DNA of 25,057 nt from Candidatus Nanohaloarchaea archaeon (GTDB lineage: Archaea; Nanohalarchaeota; Nanosalinia; Nanosalinales; Nanosalinaceae). Within the stretch, counting starts at the first letter, position 1; each line of letters begins with the position of its first letter. The DNA is taken from assembly GCA_046539225.1 (NCBI GenBank), contig JBKHHG010000006.1:1-25057 (forward strand). The letters are read 5' to 3'. Under the pieces are notes generated by a model. The model did no database searches. It was not told where the DNA came from and saw nothing but the letters and a program-made list of their open reading frames with translations. A program made the position numbers and the translations under genes. This document shows positions 1 through 7,756 of this stretch, piece by piece.

Positions 1-98
1 GGAGCTCCCTTGATAAAGTTATCGCTCTTCTTCTGGCTCTGCCTGGTGTAAGGCTGGTTCGGCTTCTCCCTGTAGATGCTCGCCGGTCGATCTCCCAT
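1..98 (-). CDS. rpl10e: 50S ribosomal protein uL16 (L10e), 5' part; runs off the window start
   Basis: Manual translation from the ATG at 98 gives MGDRPASIYREKPNQPYTRQSQKKSDNFIKGAP, matching the archaeal L10e N-terminus (M.D.PAS.YR....PYTR..(Y/F)I.G.P). SD-like GAGGT at 112-108. Not in the ORF track. Confidence 0.88.
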   Translation of the reverse strand, partial: MGDRPASIYREKPNQPYTRQSQKKSDNFIKGA

Positions 99-151
99 CT
101 TATTATTACCTCGTGTATAGTCCCGGTCGGCCAAATTTTAAATAGGGTGTG

Positions 152-541
152 CTACTCCAGGCCTTGAGCCGTGTAACTACCAGAGAACTCACTCAGAATG
201 AATTCATAAGTCATCTCCAGCGCCTCTTCAATCCTCTGATCGCCAGGAGCTTCATCGTTTTCCAGGATCCGGACCATGGAGTTTGCATAGTCAAAGGCCT
301 CAAAGTATGGGTCGGATGCAGCTGCTACGGCGGCTTCCACGCCCTTGATCTCGTCCAAATTTTCCAGATTATCTGAGAAATCATCCGAAGGCTCATAATT
401 TTCCAGCAGCTCCGTGAGCGCAAGTTCTCCGGCAAACCTGTAAAAATCCGATTTGGTGCCGAAAACCGCGTCTTCAGAGCTCCAGAGCTCAGAGGCATGC
501 TTTAGCACCTCTTCATCCTCTCTAAAAGTAACCTTGCCCAT
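152..541 (-). CDS. Hypothetical protein with probable N-terminal ribbon-helix-helix (CopG-like) domain
   Basis: ATG at 541 is preceded by AAGGTGAAC. The N-terminus KVTFR...TKSDFYRFA resembles the RHH strand-helix-helix pattern. The C-terminal part is acidic and helical. Confidence 0.55.
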   Translation of the reverse strand: MGKVTFREDEEVLKHASELWSSEDAVFGTKSDFYRFAGELALTELLENYEPSDDFSDNLENLDEIKGVEAAVAAASDPYFEAFDYANSMVRILENDEAPGDQRIEEALEMTYEFILSEFSGSYTAQGLE

Positions 542-609
542 GTTCACCTTTAGGTAACAAAACGTTTTAAGGCTGAAGGTTTTTTACCGCGCCCATCCAA
601 TTACAAGGT

Positions 610-1854
610 GTGGAAAAGGTAAAAGTATTCCAGATAGGCCTCGGAAGCTTCGGAAGATACGGATTCGAGAAGTTTATCGAGCTCCAGAAACACTACAGCG
701 ACGTAGAAGTAGAGCTTTGCGGAGTCTGCGACACGGACTTCGAAAAACTGGAGAAAGCGGAGAAGTTCGCCGAGTCACAGGAATTAGAACTCAATACCTT
801 CACCAAGATAGAGGAAATATACGTGGAAGCGGAGAAACAGGCCTCAGAAGACGCAAAAATTTTGATATATGATGCAGGGCCTACAGAGCTCCACGCAGAA
901 CACATTTTCAGGTCATTGAGAAACGATTTCTTCCATCTGGCGGAGAAACCGCCTTCCATGAACCGCGAAGACCACATAAAAGAGAAGAAACTGATGCTGG
1001 ACAACGAAGTAAGATTCACAGTCGACTTCATTGAAAGAGAGAATCCTGTAGTAAAGAAAGCGCTTGAAATAACCGAGAACGAGAAAATAGAGAGGATAGA
1101 AGCCTTCAGAGAGAGCAGCATAGGCATACAGAAACTACTGCAGCCTGTAGAAAGAATAAACGTGAAAGGAGGGGCTGTAATCGACAAGATGAGCCATGAG
1201 GCCTACATACTCGACTTTGTCGAGCTCGGAGAACTAAAAGAAGTTGAAAAAGAGTTTTTCATGCCTTACAAGATCGGTAGCGACAGCTTCATGAGCATAA
1301 ACTCTGGTAAGGCCTCAAGGCTTGATGAAGACACTGCTTCGGCTACTTGTACCGCCAGAGTTTCTGGTGAAGCAGATGTAGTGCTTCATGGAAGCTGGAT
1401 AGGCTGTACAGAACAGACAGAGAGCAAAGCAGAAGAGCTGGAAGAGTTAACCAGTCATAACCCTGTTGAATCAGAGTTTAACCGGGCAGGGGAAAAGGGA
1501 TTTGTAGATGATGAATGCAGGTTTTTTGTTTTAGAGGGTTCGCGGAGTCTTTTCGGCGACTTGCTGCATAACCGTCTTTTCGACCTTGAAACAGGCGAGG
1601 AAATCGAGACGCCCTCCCTTATGCATGACCAGCTTTACAGAGTGATCGAGTCCTCTGTAAGATGTGCGGCAGGCCTTGAAAACAATGCTTTGACCGAGGA
1701 GGAGATCGATGATTACATGAATCTTCTCTTCGATATTTCGGAGTTTTTCCCGGATAGAGACGGTTTCGATGCCTTAGAGGATTCGAACTCAAGAATCCGG
1801 GAGAGAGTCGTGGACAACGTATTTGAAGCTGAAGGCCTTAAAGAGCAAGTATGA
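610..1854 (+). CDS. Gfo/Idh/MocA-family NAD(P)-dependent oxidoreductase
   Basis: Rossmann motif IGLGSFG, H...AEKP motif, GGAVIDKMSHE (GG...D...H). GTG start; ATGA overlap with the next gene. Confidence 0.8.
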   Translation: MEKVKVFQIGLGSFGRYGFEKFIELQKHYSDVEVELCGVCDTDFEKLEKAEKFAESQELELNTFTKIEEIYVEAEKQASEDAKILIYDAGPTELHAEHIFRSLRNDFFHLAEKPPSMNREDHIKEKKLMLDNEVRFTVDFIERENPVVKKALEITENEKIERIEAFRESSIGIQKLLQPVERINVKGGAVIDKMSHEAYILDFVELGELKEVEKEFFMPYKIGSDSFMSINSGKASRLDEDTASATCTARVSGEADVVLHGSWIGCTEQTESKAEELEELTSHNPVESEFNRAGEKGFVDDECRFFVLEGSRSLFGDLLHNRLFDLETGEEIETPSLMHDQLYRVIESSVRCAAGLENNALTEEEIDDYMNLLFDISEFFPDRDGFDALEDSNSRIRERVVDNVFEAEGLKEQV

Positions 1855-2930
1855 AAGCCGTTATACCCGCAGCCAGGAAGAAAGACGATATGTTCCCGTT
1901 CTCGGAGTCAAAGCCTACAGCGTTGATGCCGGTGAACGGCAAGCCCTTAATTCTTCAGACCATCGGGAAACTGAAAGCCGCGGGGATTGAAGAGGTCAAC
2001 GTCATTGTGAACCACAGAGAAGAGCTTTTCCGCCAGCTTTTACAGGAAAGGGAAGATGTGAATATAGTTGTGCAGGAGGAGTTGAGTGGAACTGCTGAGG
2101 CCTTGAAAACCTGCGAATTCTTACAGGAGGATTTTGTAGCGGTTAACGGCGATGTAGCGGTCTCGGAGGAAGACCTTGAGAAGCTTGTGGAGAGCCACAG
2201 CGGCGATGTCTCGATGCTGTCGACGGACGAGTCCAAACCGGAGAAGTTCGGCGTCCTCAGCATCCAGAACGATGAAGTCACAGGGATAGAGGAAAAACCC
2301 GAGGAACCTGAGAACACGCTTGTAAACACCGGGATCTACGCCTTCACGCCTGAAATATTTGATTTGATCAAGGCCTCGGAGGCCTCAAGCATCACAGAGA
2401 TTATCTCGGAAAACCTGGAGGATCTTGACTGCCGTTTCTCCCTGATAGAGGACTACTGGTTTGACATCGGCTCGCCTAAAAAACTGCTTCAGGCGGATAA
2501 AACCCTGAGAGTTGAGTCCGGGAGAAACATTTCTGAATCAGCCGAGATACATGAATCCGCGGACCTGTTCGATGGAGTAGAGGTAAGGGAAAACGCGGTT
2601 GTAGGGCCTAACTGCATCCTGAAAGACTGTATAATTGGAGAAGGCGCAGAAATACGCGGCAACACGGTTGTGGAGGCCTCAACTGTAGGACCCAGGTCTC
2701 TGCTACAGGCCTGTCACGTGAAAGACTCTCTACTTTTTGAAGAAACCGTCCTGGATAGTTTCGTGGATGTAGAGCAGTCAGTACTGGGAGAGGAAACCGA
2801 TGTGAAGTCCGGTACAGTCATGAAAGAGGCCTTTATCGGGCCCCGAAGCTACGTCGATATGAACAACTCGATCAGGGGAGTGAAGTTTGTGCCTGACGCC
2901 CGGACAGATCTTTCAGAAATAAGTAAGTAA
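1851..2930 (+). CDS. GlmU-like sugar-phosphate nucleotidyltransferase/hexapeptide-repeat protein with degenerate catalytic motifs
   Basis: NTP-transferase fold motifs (GTA, NGD, EKP, NTGIY, WFDIG) plus left-handed beta-helix repeats. The signature reads PAARKKDDMFP/KPT instead of LAAGxGTRMxP/PK. Confidence 0.8.
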   Translation: MKAVIPAARKKDDMFPFSESKPTALMPVNGKPLILQTIGKLKAAGIEEVNVIVNHREELFRQLLQEREDVNIVVQEELSGTAEALKTCEFLQEDFVAVNGDVAVSEEDLEKLVESHSGDVSMLSTDESKPEKFGVLSIQNDEVTGIEEKPEEPENTLVNTGIYAFTPEIFDLIKASEASSITEIISENLEDLDCRFSLIEDYWFDIGSPKKLLQADKTLRVESGRNISESAEIHESADLFDGVEVRENAVVGPNCILKDCIIGEGAEIRGNTVVEASTVGPRSLLQACHVKDSLLFEETVLDSFVDVEQSVLGEETDVKSGTVMKEAFIGPRSYVDMNNSIRGVKFVPDARTDLSEISK

Positions 2931-2948
2931 TACTTCAAAAAAAAGGTT

Positions 2949-4151
2949 ATGAAAGCAGTTATCCTGGCCGCGGGCAAGGGAACACGGATGAGGCCTCTGA
3001 CAGATGAAAGGCCTAAACCTCTTCTGCCTGTCGCGGGCAAGCCCATCATAGAACACAGCATCGAAGCCCTGGATTTTGTAGAAGAAATAATCATAGTCGC
3101 AGGCTTCCGGATCGAAGAGTTCCGGCAACGGTACAGCGACAACCAGAAAATCCGTATAGTAGAGCAGGAGGAAGCCCTTGGGACAGGACACGCAGCCCTA
3201 CAGGCAAGACAGTTCGTCGACGGAAAAACAGTGATCCTCAACGGCGACGACATATACGGAGAATCCCTGAAACAGGTTGAAAACGTAGATACAGGAGTCC
3301 AGGTCTTCGAGCACGACAGGCCTGAAGAGTTCGGAGTCTTCGAAGTAGACGAAAAAAACAGGGTAGTAGGCCTGACAGAGAAACCGGATAACCCTGCAAG
3401 CAACCTTGTAAACACCGGGGTCTACGTTGTAGAAGAAGACTTTTTCGAAATACTTGAAGAAGTAGAGCTCTCGGAGAGAGGAGAATACGAGATAACAGAC
3501 GGCCTCAAAAAATACATAAAGCAGAGAGAACTCGAATTCTTTGAAGCAGAGCAGTGGATGTACTGCAGCTATCCATGGAACCTTATAGAAGCCAACAAAT
3601 CGTTGATGAAAGGCCTCGAACCAGAGATTGAAGGAGAAGTGGATGAAACCGCTAAAATCAAGGGAAACGCTGTAATAAAGGAAGGAGCAGAAGTAAAGGA
3701 AAACTGCGTGATCGAAGGCCCCTGCATAATCAAAGAAGGAGCAGAAATAGGGCCTAACGCGTATATAAGGGAGTTCAGTTTGATAGGGAAAAATTCAAAG
3801 GTTGGAAACAACTCAGAAGTAAAGAACTCGATTCTAATGGAAGAAGCAGCGTTACCCCACTTTAATTACGTCGGAGACTCAGTTATAGGCCGGAAAGTCA
3901 ATCTTGGAGCCGGTTTCAAGACCGCAAACCTTCGAAACGACGGTAAAACCGTGGAATTCAATGTAAAAGGCGATTCTATGGATACAGGAAGAGAAAAACT
4001 GGGCGTGGTAATCGGAGACAACTCGAAGATAGGAGTCAACTCGGTCACCAATCCCGGGGCAAAAATAGGATCGAACGTTTTAACGGACAGCCTGGAACGA
4101 ATCAAAAATATTACCTCCGGCAAAAAATTCAAGGACGGAGAGATAGAATGA
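2949..4151 (+). CDS. glmU: Bifunctional sugar-1-phosphate nucleotidylyltransferase/acetyltransferase (archaeal GlmU)
   Basis: LAAGKGTRMRPLT...PKPLLP, NGDD, GEYEITD, YPWNL, hexapeptide repeats, HFNYVGDSVIG, NLGAG..TANLRND. Confidence 0.9.
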   Translation: MKAVILAAGKGTRMRPLTDERPKPLLPVAGKPIIEHSIEALDFVEEIIIVAGFRIEEFRQRYSDNQKIRIVEQEEALGTGHAALQARQFVDGKTVILNGDDIYGESLKQVENVDTGVQVFEHDRPEEFGVFEVDEKNRVVGLTEKPDNPASNLVNTGVYVVEEDFFEILEEVELSERGEYEITDGLKKYIKQRELEFFEAEQWMYCSYPWNLIEANKSLMKGLEPEIEGEVDETAKIKGNAVIKEGAEVKENCVIEGPCIIKEGAEIGPNAYIREFSLIGKNSKVGNNSEVKNSILMEEAALPHFNYVGDSVIGRKVNLGAGFKTANLRNDGKTVEFNVKGDSMDTGREKLGVVIGDNSKIGVNSVTNPGAKIGSNVLTDSLERIKNITSGKKFKDGEIE

Positions 4152-4645
4152 AGATAGGCCTCGACTTCGACAGAACCCTTTTCAAGACAGAAGAGTTCGA
4201 CAGATTCTACAAAGACCAAGTTGAAGGCCTCTACCACGTCGAAAATCCAAAACCTACACGTCACGGAGTTTACGACCCGGAGCTGCATGCAGAGATCTGC
4301 GGAGTAGACCTTAAAGAGATCTGGCAGGTGTTCGAAGAAGACCTCAGCAAGTTTCTCTACAAAGATACAGATTTGCTTGACAAGTTAAACGATCACAGGA
4401 TTGTTATAGTTACGAGAGGACACGAAAAATTCCAGGAAAAAAAGATAGAGGCCTCAGGAATCACAGAAAAAATCGACGAAGTAGTAATAGTCCAGGAAGA
4501 ACCCAAAGACGTCGCTGACATCGACCTGCTTGTGGATGACAGAGAAAGAGAGCTCGAAAACGCTGAAACACCCGGAATACATCTGAAAAGGCCTGAAGAA
4601 GGCCTAAAAAAAGTCGTTGAAAAGGTGGAAGAGCTTGAATCCTGA
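4148..4645 (+). CDS. HAD-superfamily hydrolase (probable phosphatase)
   Basis: Motif I DFDRT, motif II VTRG, motif IV LLVDD. ATGA overlap with glmU. Confidence 0.8.
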   Translation: MKIGLDFDRTLFKTEEFDRFYKDQVEGLYHVENPKPTRHGVYDPELHAEICGVDLKEIWQVFEEDLSKFLYKDTDLLDKLNDHRIVIVTRGHEKFQEKKIEASGITEKIDEVVIVQEEPKDVADIDLLVDDRERELENAETPGIHLKRPEEGLKKVVEKVEELES

Positions 4646-5897
4646 AAAAGTCTTCAAAAGATACGATATCAGAGGAGAATATCCTGAAGAGATCGACGAA
4701 AGGTTTGGGGAACGGCTCGGCAAGTCACTGGCTCTTTTACTTACAGAAAAGTTCGAGAAAGAGGTCTCGGTGTGTAGAGATGCAAAACAAAGCTCCAAGC
4801 CTTTGAAAAAGGCTCTGATCAAAGGCCTGAAGTCTTCAGGAGTAAAAGTCTATGATGCAGGGAATGGACCGACGGATTACGCGGCGTGGACCGGTAAAAA
4901 GACCGGATGCGTTTCTGTCCAAGTTACCTCTTCTCACATGCCCTCAAATTTTAACGGCTTCAAGATGATGTATCCGGAAGGCAATAGCTTTGTGAATGAA
5001 GATCTTGACAGAGTTAAAGAGTTTTTCAGGTCTGGAGAGTTTGAAAGAGGTGATGCAGAAGTTGAAGAAATGTTTTTAATCGAGAAATACAAAGAAGAGG
5101 TCCTGAAGTTTGCTGAAAAGTATTATGAAAAAGGTAACAGTGTTGTATACAGTTCAATGGGCGGCTCCGGATCAGTGCTGCCGGATATTTTGGATGAAAG
5201 GGGGCAGAAAGTGTTAGATGTTTCGCCCAGCGAGTTAAAAAACCCTCCTAACCCTAAGCCAGAGAATCTTGACCTGGAAAAAAAGGTTGAGAAGGCCGGA
5301 GCAGACATCGGGATCGCCAATGATCTTGATGCCGACCGTATAACTGTCTATTTTGATGGAGAGTACTTGAGCGGGGATGAACTGTTCTGTGTTCTTGCAC
5401 AGTTATTTGAAGGAAAGGTTGTGGCGTCGATAGATGCTGTTAAAGGCCTTGAAGAGTTTGCAGATGTTGAGTATACACGTGTCGGCGATCCCTTTGTCCT
5501 TGAAAAGGCTGTGGATAGTGGATCGGTTTTAGCGGGCGAGCCGAACGGGCATTATGCTTTCACCAATTTTGTGCCGTACAGCTCCGGCGTTGCCGCAGGA
5601 ATTATTCTTTCAGGCCTTGATCTGGAGAAAAAACTGGGTAAAGTACCGAATTTTGAGGTTGAGCGGCGGAGCGTAGAGGTTGACGATAAAAACAAGGCCT
5701 TAAATGTTGTAGAGGCTGAGACAGATGATGAAAAAGTTGTGTCGCGGCTTGACGGCCTGAAGTTTGTGGAGGATGGTGTGAGTGTTCTTGTAAGGCCTTC
5801 AGGCAGTTCTTCAAGGCTTAGAGCGGTTGCGAGTTCGCGGGACGGCGATGTAGGAAAAGTCTTGGAGTCTATTGTCGAGATGGTTGAGGGCAAGTAA
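4635..5897 (+). CDS. Alpha-D-phosphohexomutase (phosphomannomutase/phosphoglucosamine mutase family)
   Basis: FKRYDIRG, phosphoserine loop TSSHMP...NGFK, metal loop DLDADR, GEPNGH, VRPSG. Likely TTG start at 4635 with AGGTGG upstream (the ORF track starts at 4617). Confidence 0.88.
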   Translation: MNPEKVFKRYDIRGEYPEEIDERFGERLGKSLALLLTEKFEKEVSVCRDAKQSSKPLKKALIKGLKSSGVKVYDAGNGPTDYAAWTGKKTGCVSVQVTSSHMPSNFNGFKMMYPEGNSFVNEDLDRVKEFFRSGEFERGDAEVEEMFLIEKYKEEVLKFAEKYYEKGNSVVYSSMGGSGSVLPDILDERGQKVLDVSPSELKNPPNPKPENLDLEKKVEKAGADIGIANDLDADRITVYFDGEYLSGDELFCVLAQLFEGKVVASIDAVKGLEEFADVEYTRVGDPFVLEKAVDSGSVLAGEPNGHYAFTNFVPYSSGVAAGIILSGLDLEKKLGKVPNFEVERRSVEVDDKNKALNVVEAETDDEKVVSRLDGLKFVEDGVSVLVRPSGSSSRLRAVASSRDGDVGKVLESIVEMVEGK

Positions 5898-5926
5898 ATA
5901 AATTGGTTCGTCTGTATTTTACAGGT

Positions 5927-6139
5927 ATGGAGAGTATTTACAGCTTTGAGGACGGGCCTTACAAGGTGCTTAATTACGAGGTAATCCAGAAGAAGGACAG
6001 GTTCTTTATAGAGGTTAACGGCGGAGATCTTGGGCGTCTGCCGATCGAGAGCATGGACGCAGTTGAAGAGTTGAGGGAGTCACTTGAAAAGATCGAGGCC
6101 GAGCTTAAAGAAATGAAGCGTAGAAACGAGGAGCTTTGA
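5927..6139 (+). CDS. Small acidic hypothetical protein (70 aa) with C-terminal coiled coil
   Basis: ATG at 5927; acidic composition typical of the real genes; followed by a hairpin and T-tract. Confidence 0.6.
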   Translation: MESIYSFEDGPYKVLNYEVIQKKDRFFIEVNGGDLGRLPIESMDAVEELRESLEKIEAELKEMKRRNEEL

Positions 6140-6153
6140 AAAGATAAAGATTC

Positions 6154-6192
6154 AGGGGTTAAGGCCTCTGCAGGCCTTCCCTCCCCTTTTTT
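6154..6192. terminator. Hairpin plus T-tract between convergent genes (probable bidirectional terminator)
   Basis: AGGGG-TT-AAGGCCT-CTGC-AGGCCTT-CCCT-CCCCT followed by T6 on +; a T-rich tract follows on the - strand as well. Confidence 0.6.
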
Positions 6193-6196
6193 GGAA

Positions 6197-6364
6197 TTAT
6201 ACGTCTCTTGCTTTCAGAGTCTTGCGTCCGTTGTCCTGTGCTCTTTCTTCTGCTCTTGCGATGAGCTCCTTTACTCTCTCATCTAGAGCGTCGTAGAAGT
6301 CAGAACCAACGTTTGAGTCGCTTACTGCGTCTCGAACGCCAGACTTCTTCAGTACATCTGCCAT
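6197..6364 (-). CDS. Single histone-fold protein, 55 aa (DUF1931-type, haloarchaeal 'MADLIVK...RKTV..RDL' family)
   Basis: Manual translation: MADVLKKSGVRDAVSDSNVGSDFYDALDERVKELIARAEERAQDNGRKTLKARDV*, with the histone L2 motif RKT...RD. SD GGTGA at 6376-6372. Below the ORF-track size cutoff. Confidence 0.9.
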   Translation of the reverse strand: MADVLKKSGVRDAVSDSNVGSDFYDALDERVKELIARAEERAQDNGRKTLKARDV

Positions 6365-6398
6365 GTGAAAGTCACCAATTAGGTATTAACTCGACTGG

Positions 6399-6425
6399 TT
6401 TTTATAGGTACGGGTGTTAAACCCG
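6399..6425 (-). promoter_or_regulatory. TATA box of the histone gene with an adjacent inverted repeat
   Basis: TATAAAAA at 6406-6399 on the - strand; CGGGT-N5-ACCCG palindrome at 6411-6425 just upstream. Confidence 0.55.
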
Positions 6426-6471
6426 TTAAAACATTCTGACAGAGGCCTTACATTCAATTTACAGTTACAGA

Positions 6472-6501
6472 TTCGATGTCTTTCGAACAATACCGTTAAA
6501 A
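6472..6501 (+). promoter_or_regulatory. Candidate operator TTCGA-N6-TCGAA and TATA-like box of the ArsR-family gene
   Basis: TTCGA TGTCTT TCGAA at 6472-6487; GTTAAAA at 6495-6501, about 30 nt before the ATG at 6530. Confidence 0.5.
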
Positions 6502-6529
6502 CAAAAAGCTCCGGCACCAACTCCAGAAC

Positions 6530-7027
6530 ATGGATCTCGACTTCCAAACCGTTAAGGCCCTCTCATCGCCTACCAGGATAAAAATCCTTTCTCAGGCCCT
6601 GAAAACCGAGGCCACAACCACACAGCTCTCCCGTGAAATAGGAAAAAGCAAGTCCACGGTATCCTCACACCTCGACACGCTTGTAGATTCAGGCCTCCTG
6701 AAAAAAGACGAGGAAGACGGCAGGAAGAGGGTCGTCTACCGCCCGACAGAGAAAGCGGAGGCCATCGTAAAAGGGAAACAGAGAAAGGTGCGTTTTTCAG
6801 TGGCTTCCTCCGCGGTCACAGGCCTCGCCGGTTTAACAGCTCTGGGTTTTTCAAGGAGAGTCGTTGAACAGAACTCTCCTGGTGTAATGACTATGGATGA
6901 GGCCTCCCGGGAGGTCGTCTACTCCGAGCCATTGCTGTTTGTCAGCGCGTTCTTCATGGCGGTAGCGGTTTCAGCCCTGGTCTACGGCCTGACGATGAAA
7001 AAGCTGCCAGAGGTTAGAACTTCTTAA
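6530..7027 (+). CDS. ArsR-family winged-helix regulator with two C-terminal transmembrane segments
   Basis: KALSSPTRIKIL...SKSTVSSHLDTLVDSGL...GRKRVVY, then two hydrophobic stretches. Confidence 0.85.
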   Translation: MDLDFQTVKALSSPTRIKILSQALKTEATTTQLSREIGKSKSTVSSHLDTLVDSGLLKKDEEDGRKRVVYRPTEKAEAIVKGKQRKVRFSVASSAVTGLAGLTALGFSRRVVEQNSPGVMTMDEASREVVYSEPLLFVSAFFMAVAVSALVYGLTMKKLPEVRTS

Positions 7028-7089
7028 ACTTTGAGCCATGTAAAGTAGAATAAGGAAAACTGAACTCGACCTATACGAATGTGACTGAA

Positions 7090-7539
7090 ATGCCATCCTG
7101 CCAGCTATGCGGAAAAGATTCTGACAGCCTCAAGAAAACCAAGATCGAAGGCGCCGTTCTACGCACATGCAGTTCATGCAGCGAAATGGGCGACGTCGTC
7201 GAAAAAAAGAAAAAGAAGAAAAAAACTTCGAAAAAGTCGAAGAGCAGAAGGCCTCGAGAAACAGACACCTTGGCCAACGACTACGGCTCCCGCGTCAAAG
7301 AAGCACGGGAAGAACGCGAACTATCCATAAAAGAGCTCTCCGACGACCTCAACGAAAAGGCCTCACTCATCAGAAAAATCGAACGAGAAGAACTAAAACC
7401 GGAGAAGGCCCTGGCCAAAAAACTGTCGAAAAAGCTGGACGTAACACTCTACGTCAACCCAGAGGTCTCGGACCACTCAGTAGAAACCGGCGACGACAGG
7501 AAAGCCACGGTCGGCGACGTAGCAGACGTCAAAGAATAA
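7090..7539 (+). CDS. mbf1: Archaeal multiprotein bridging factor aMBF1
   Basis: Zn ribbon CQLC...CSSC, DYGSRVKEARE, Cro-type HTH with EKASLIRKIE, C-terminal T(V)GDVA. Start at ATG 7090 (GTG 7081 possible). Confidence 0.9.
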   Translation: MPSCQLCGKDSDSLKKTKIEGAVLRTCSSCSEMGDVVEKKKKKKKTSKKSKSRRPRETDTLANDYGSRVKEAREERELSIKELSDDLNEKASLIRKIEREELKPEKALAKKLSKKLDVTLYVNPEVSDHSVETGDDRKATVGDVADVKE

Positions 7540-7624
7540 AAATCCCTGAAAGGCCTTAAATCTTCCAACAACACAGAGAAATAACGCTGTTATACAGGCC
7601 TTGAATGAGAGAAAAAGGTGAAAG

Positions 7625-7713
7625 CGCCGGGGCCGGGATTCGAACCCGGGCGGGCTTAGAAACAGCCCAATGGCTTAGCAAGCCATCGCATTAAGCCACT
7701 CTGCCACCCCGAC
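7625..7713 (-). tRNA. tRNA-Ser(GCT)
   Basis: Acceptor stem GTCGGGG/CCCCGGC, discriminator G, anticodon arm ATGGC-TTGCTAA-GCCAT, long variable arm TGGGCT/AGCCCG, T-arm CCGGG-TTCGAAT-CCCGG. No intron and no encoded CCA. TTTAAA about 30 nt upstream, T-tract downstream. Confidence 0.97.
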
Positions 7714-7756
7714 TCTGTACATGGTTTTTGCGGGTGAACTGTTTAAAATACGGTGT

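Noticed and set aside
20..45. Short insertion in the uL16 N-terminus (YTRQSQKKSDNF versus haloarchaeal YTRREY)
   Set aside because: The gene is truncated by the window, and similar short insertions are, to my recollection, common in DPANN L10e. It is a lineage trait rather than a novelty.
2937..2944. A8 run between the two glmU-like genes as a phase-variation or frameshift site
   Set aside because: It is intergenic, after a clean stop, and both flanking genes are complete with their own starts.
7625..7713. tRNA as tRNA-Sec/suppressor or as an integration site
   Set aside because: The anticodon is GCT with a normal 7-bp acceptor stem (Ser). No integrase or duplicated tRNA 3' end is visible in the window.
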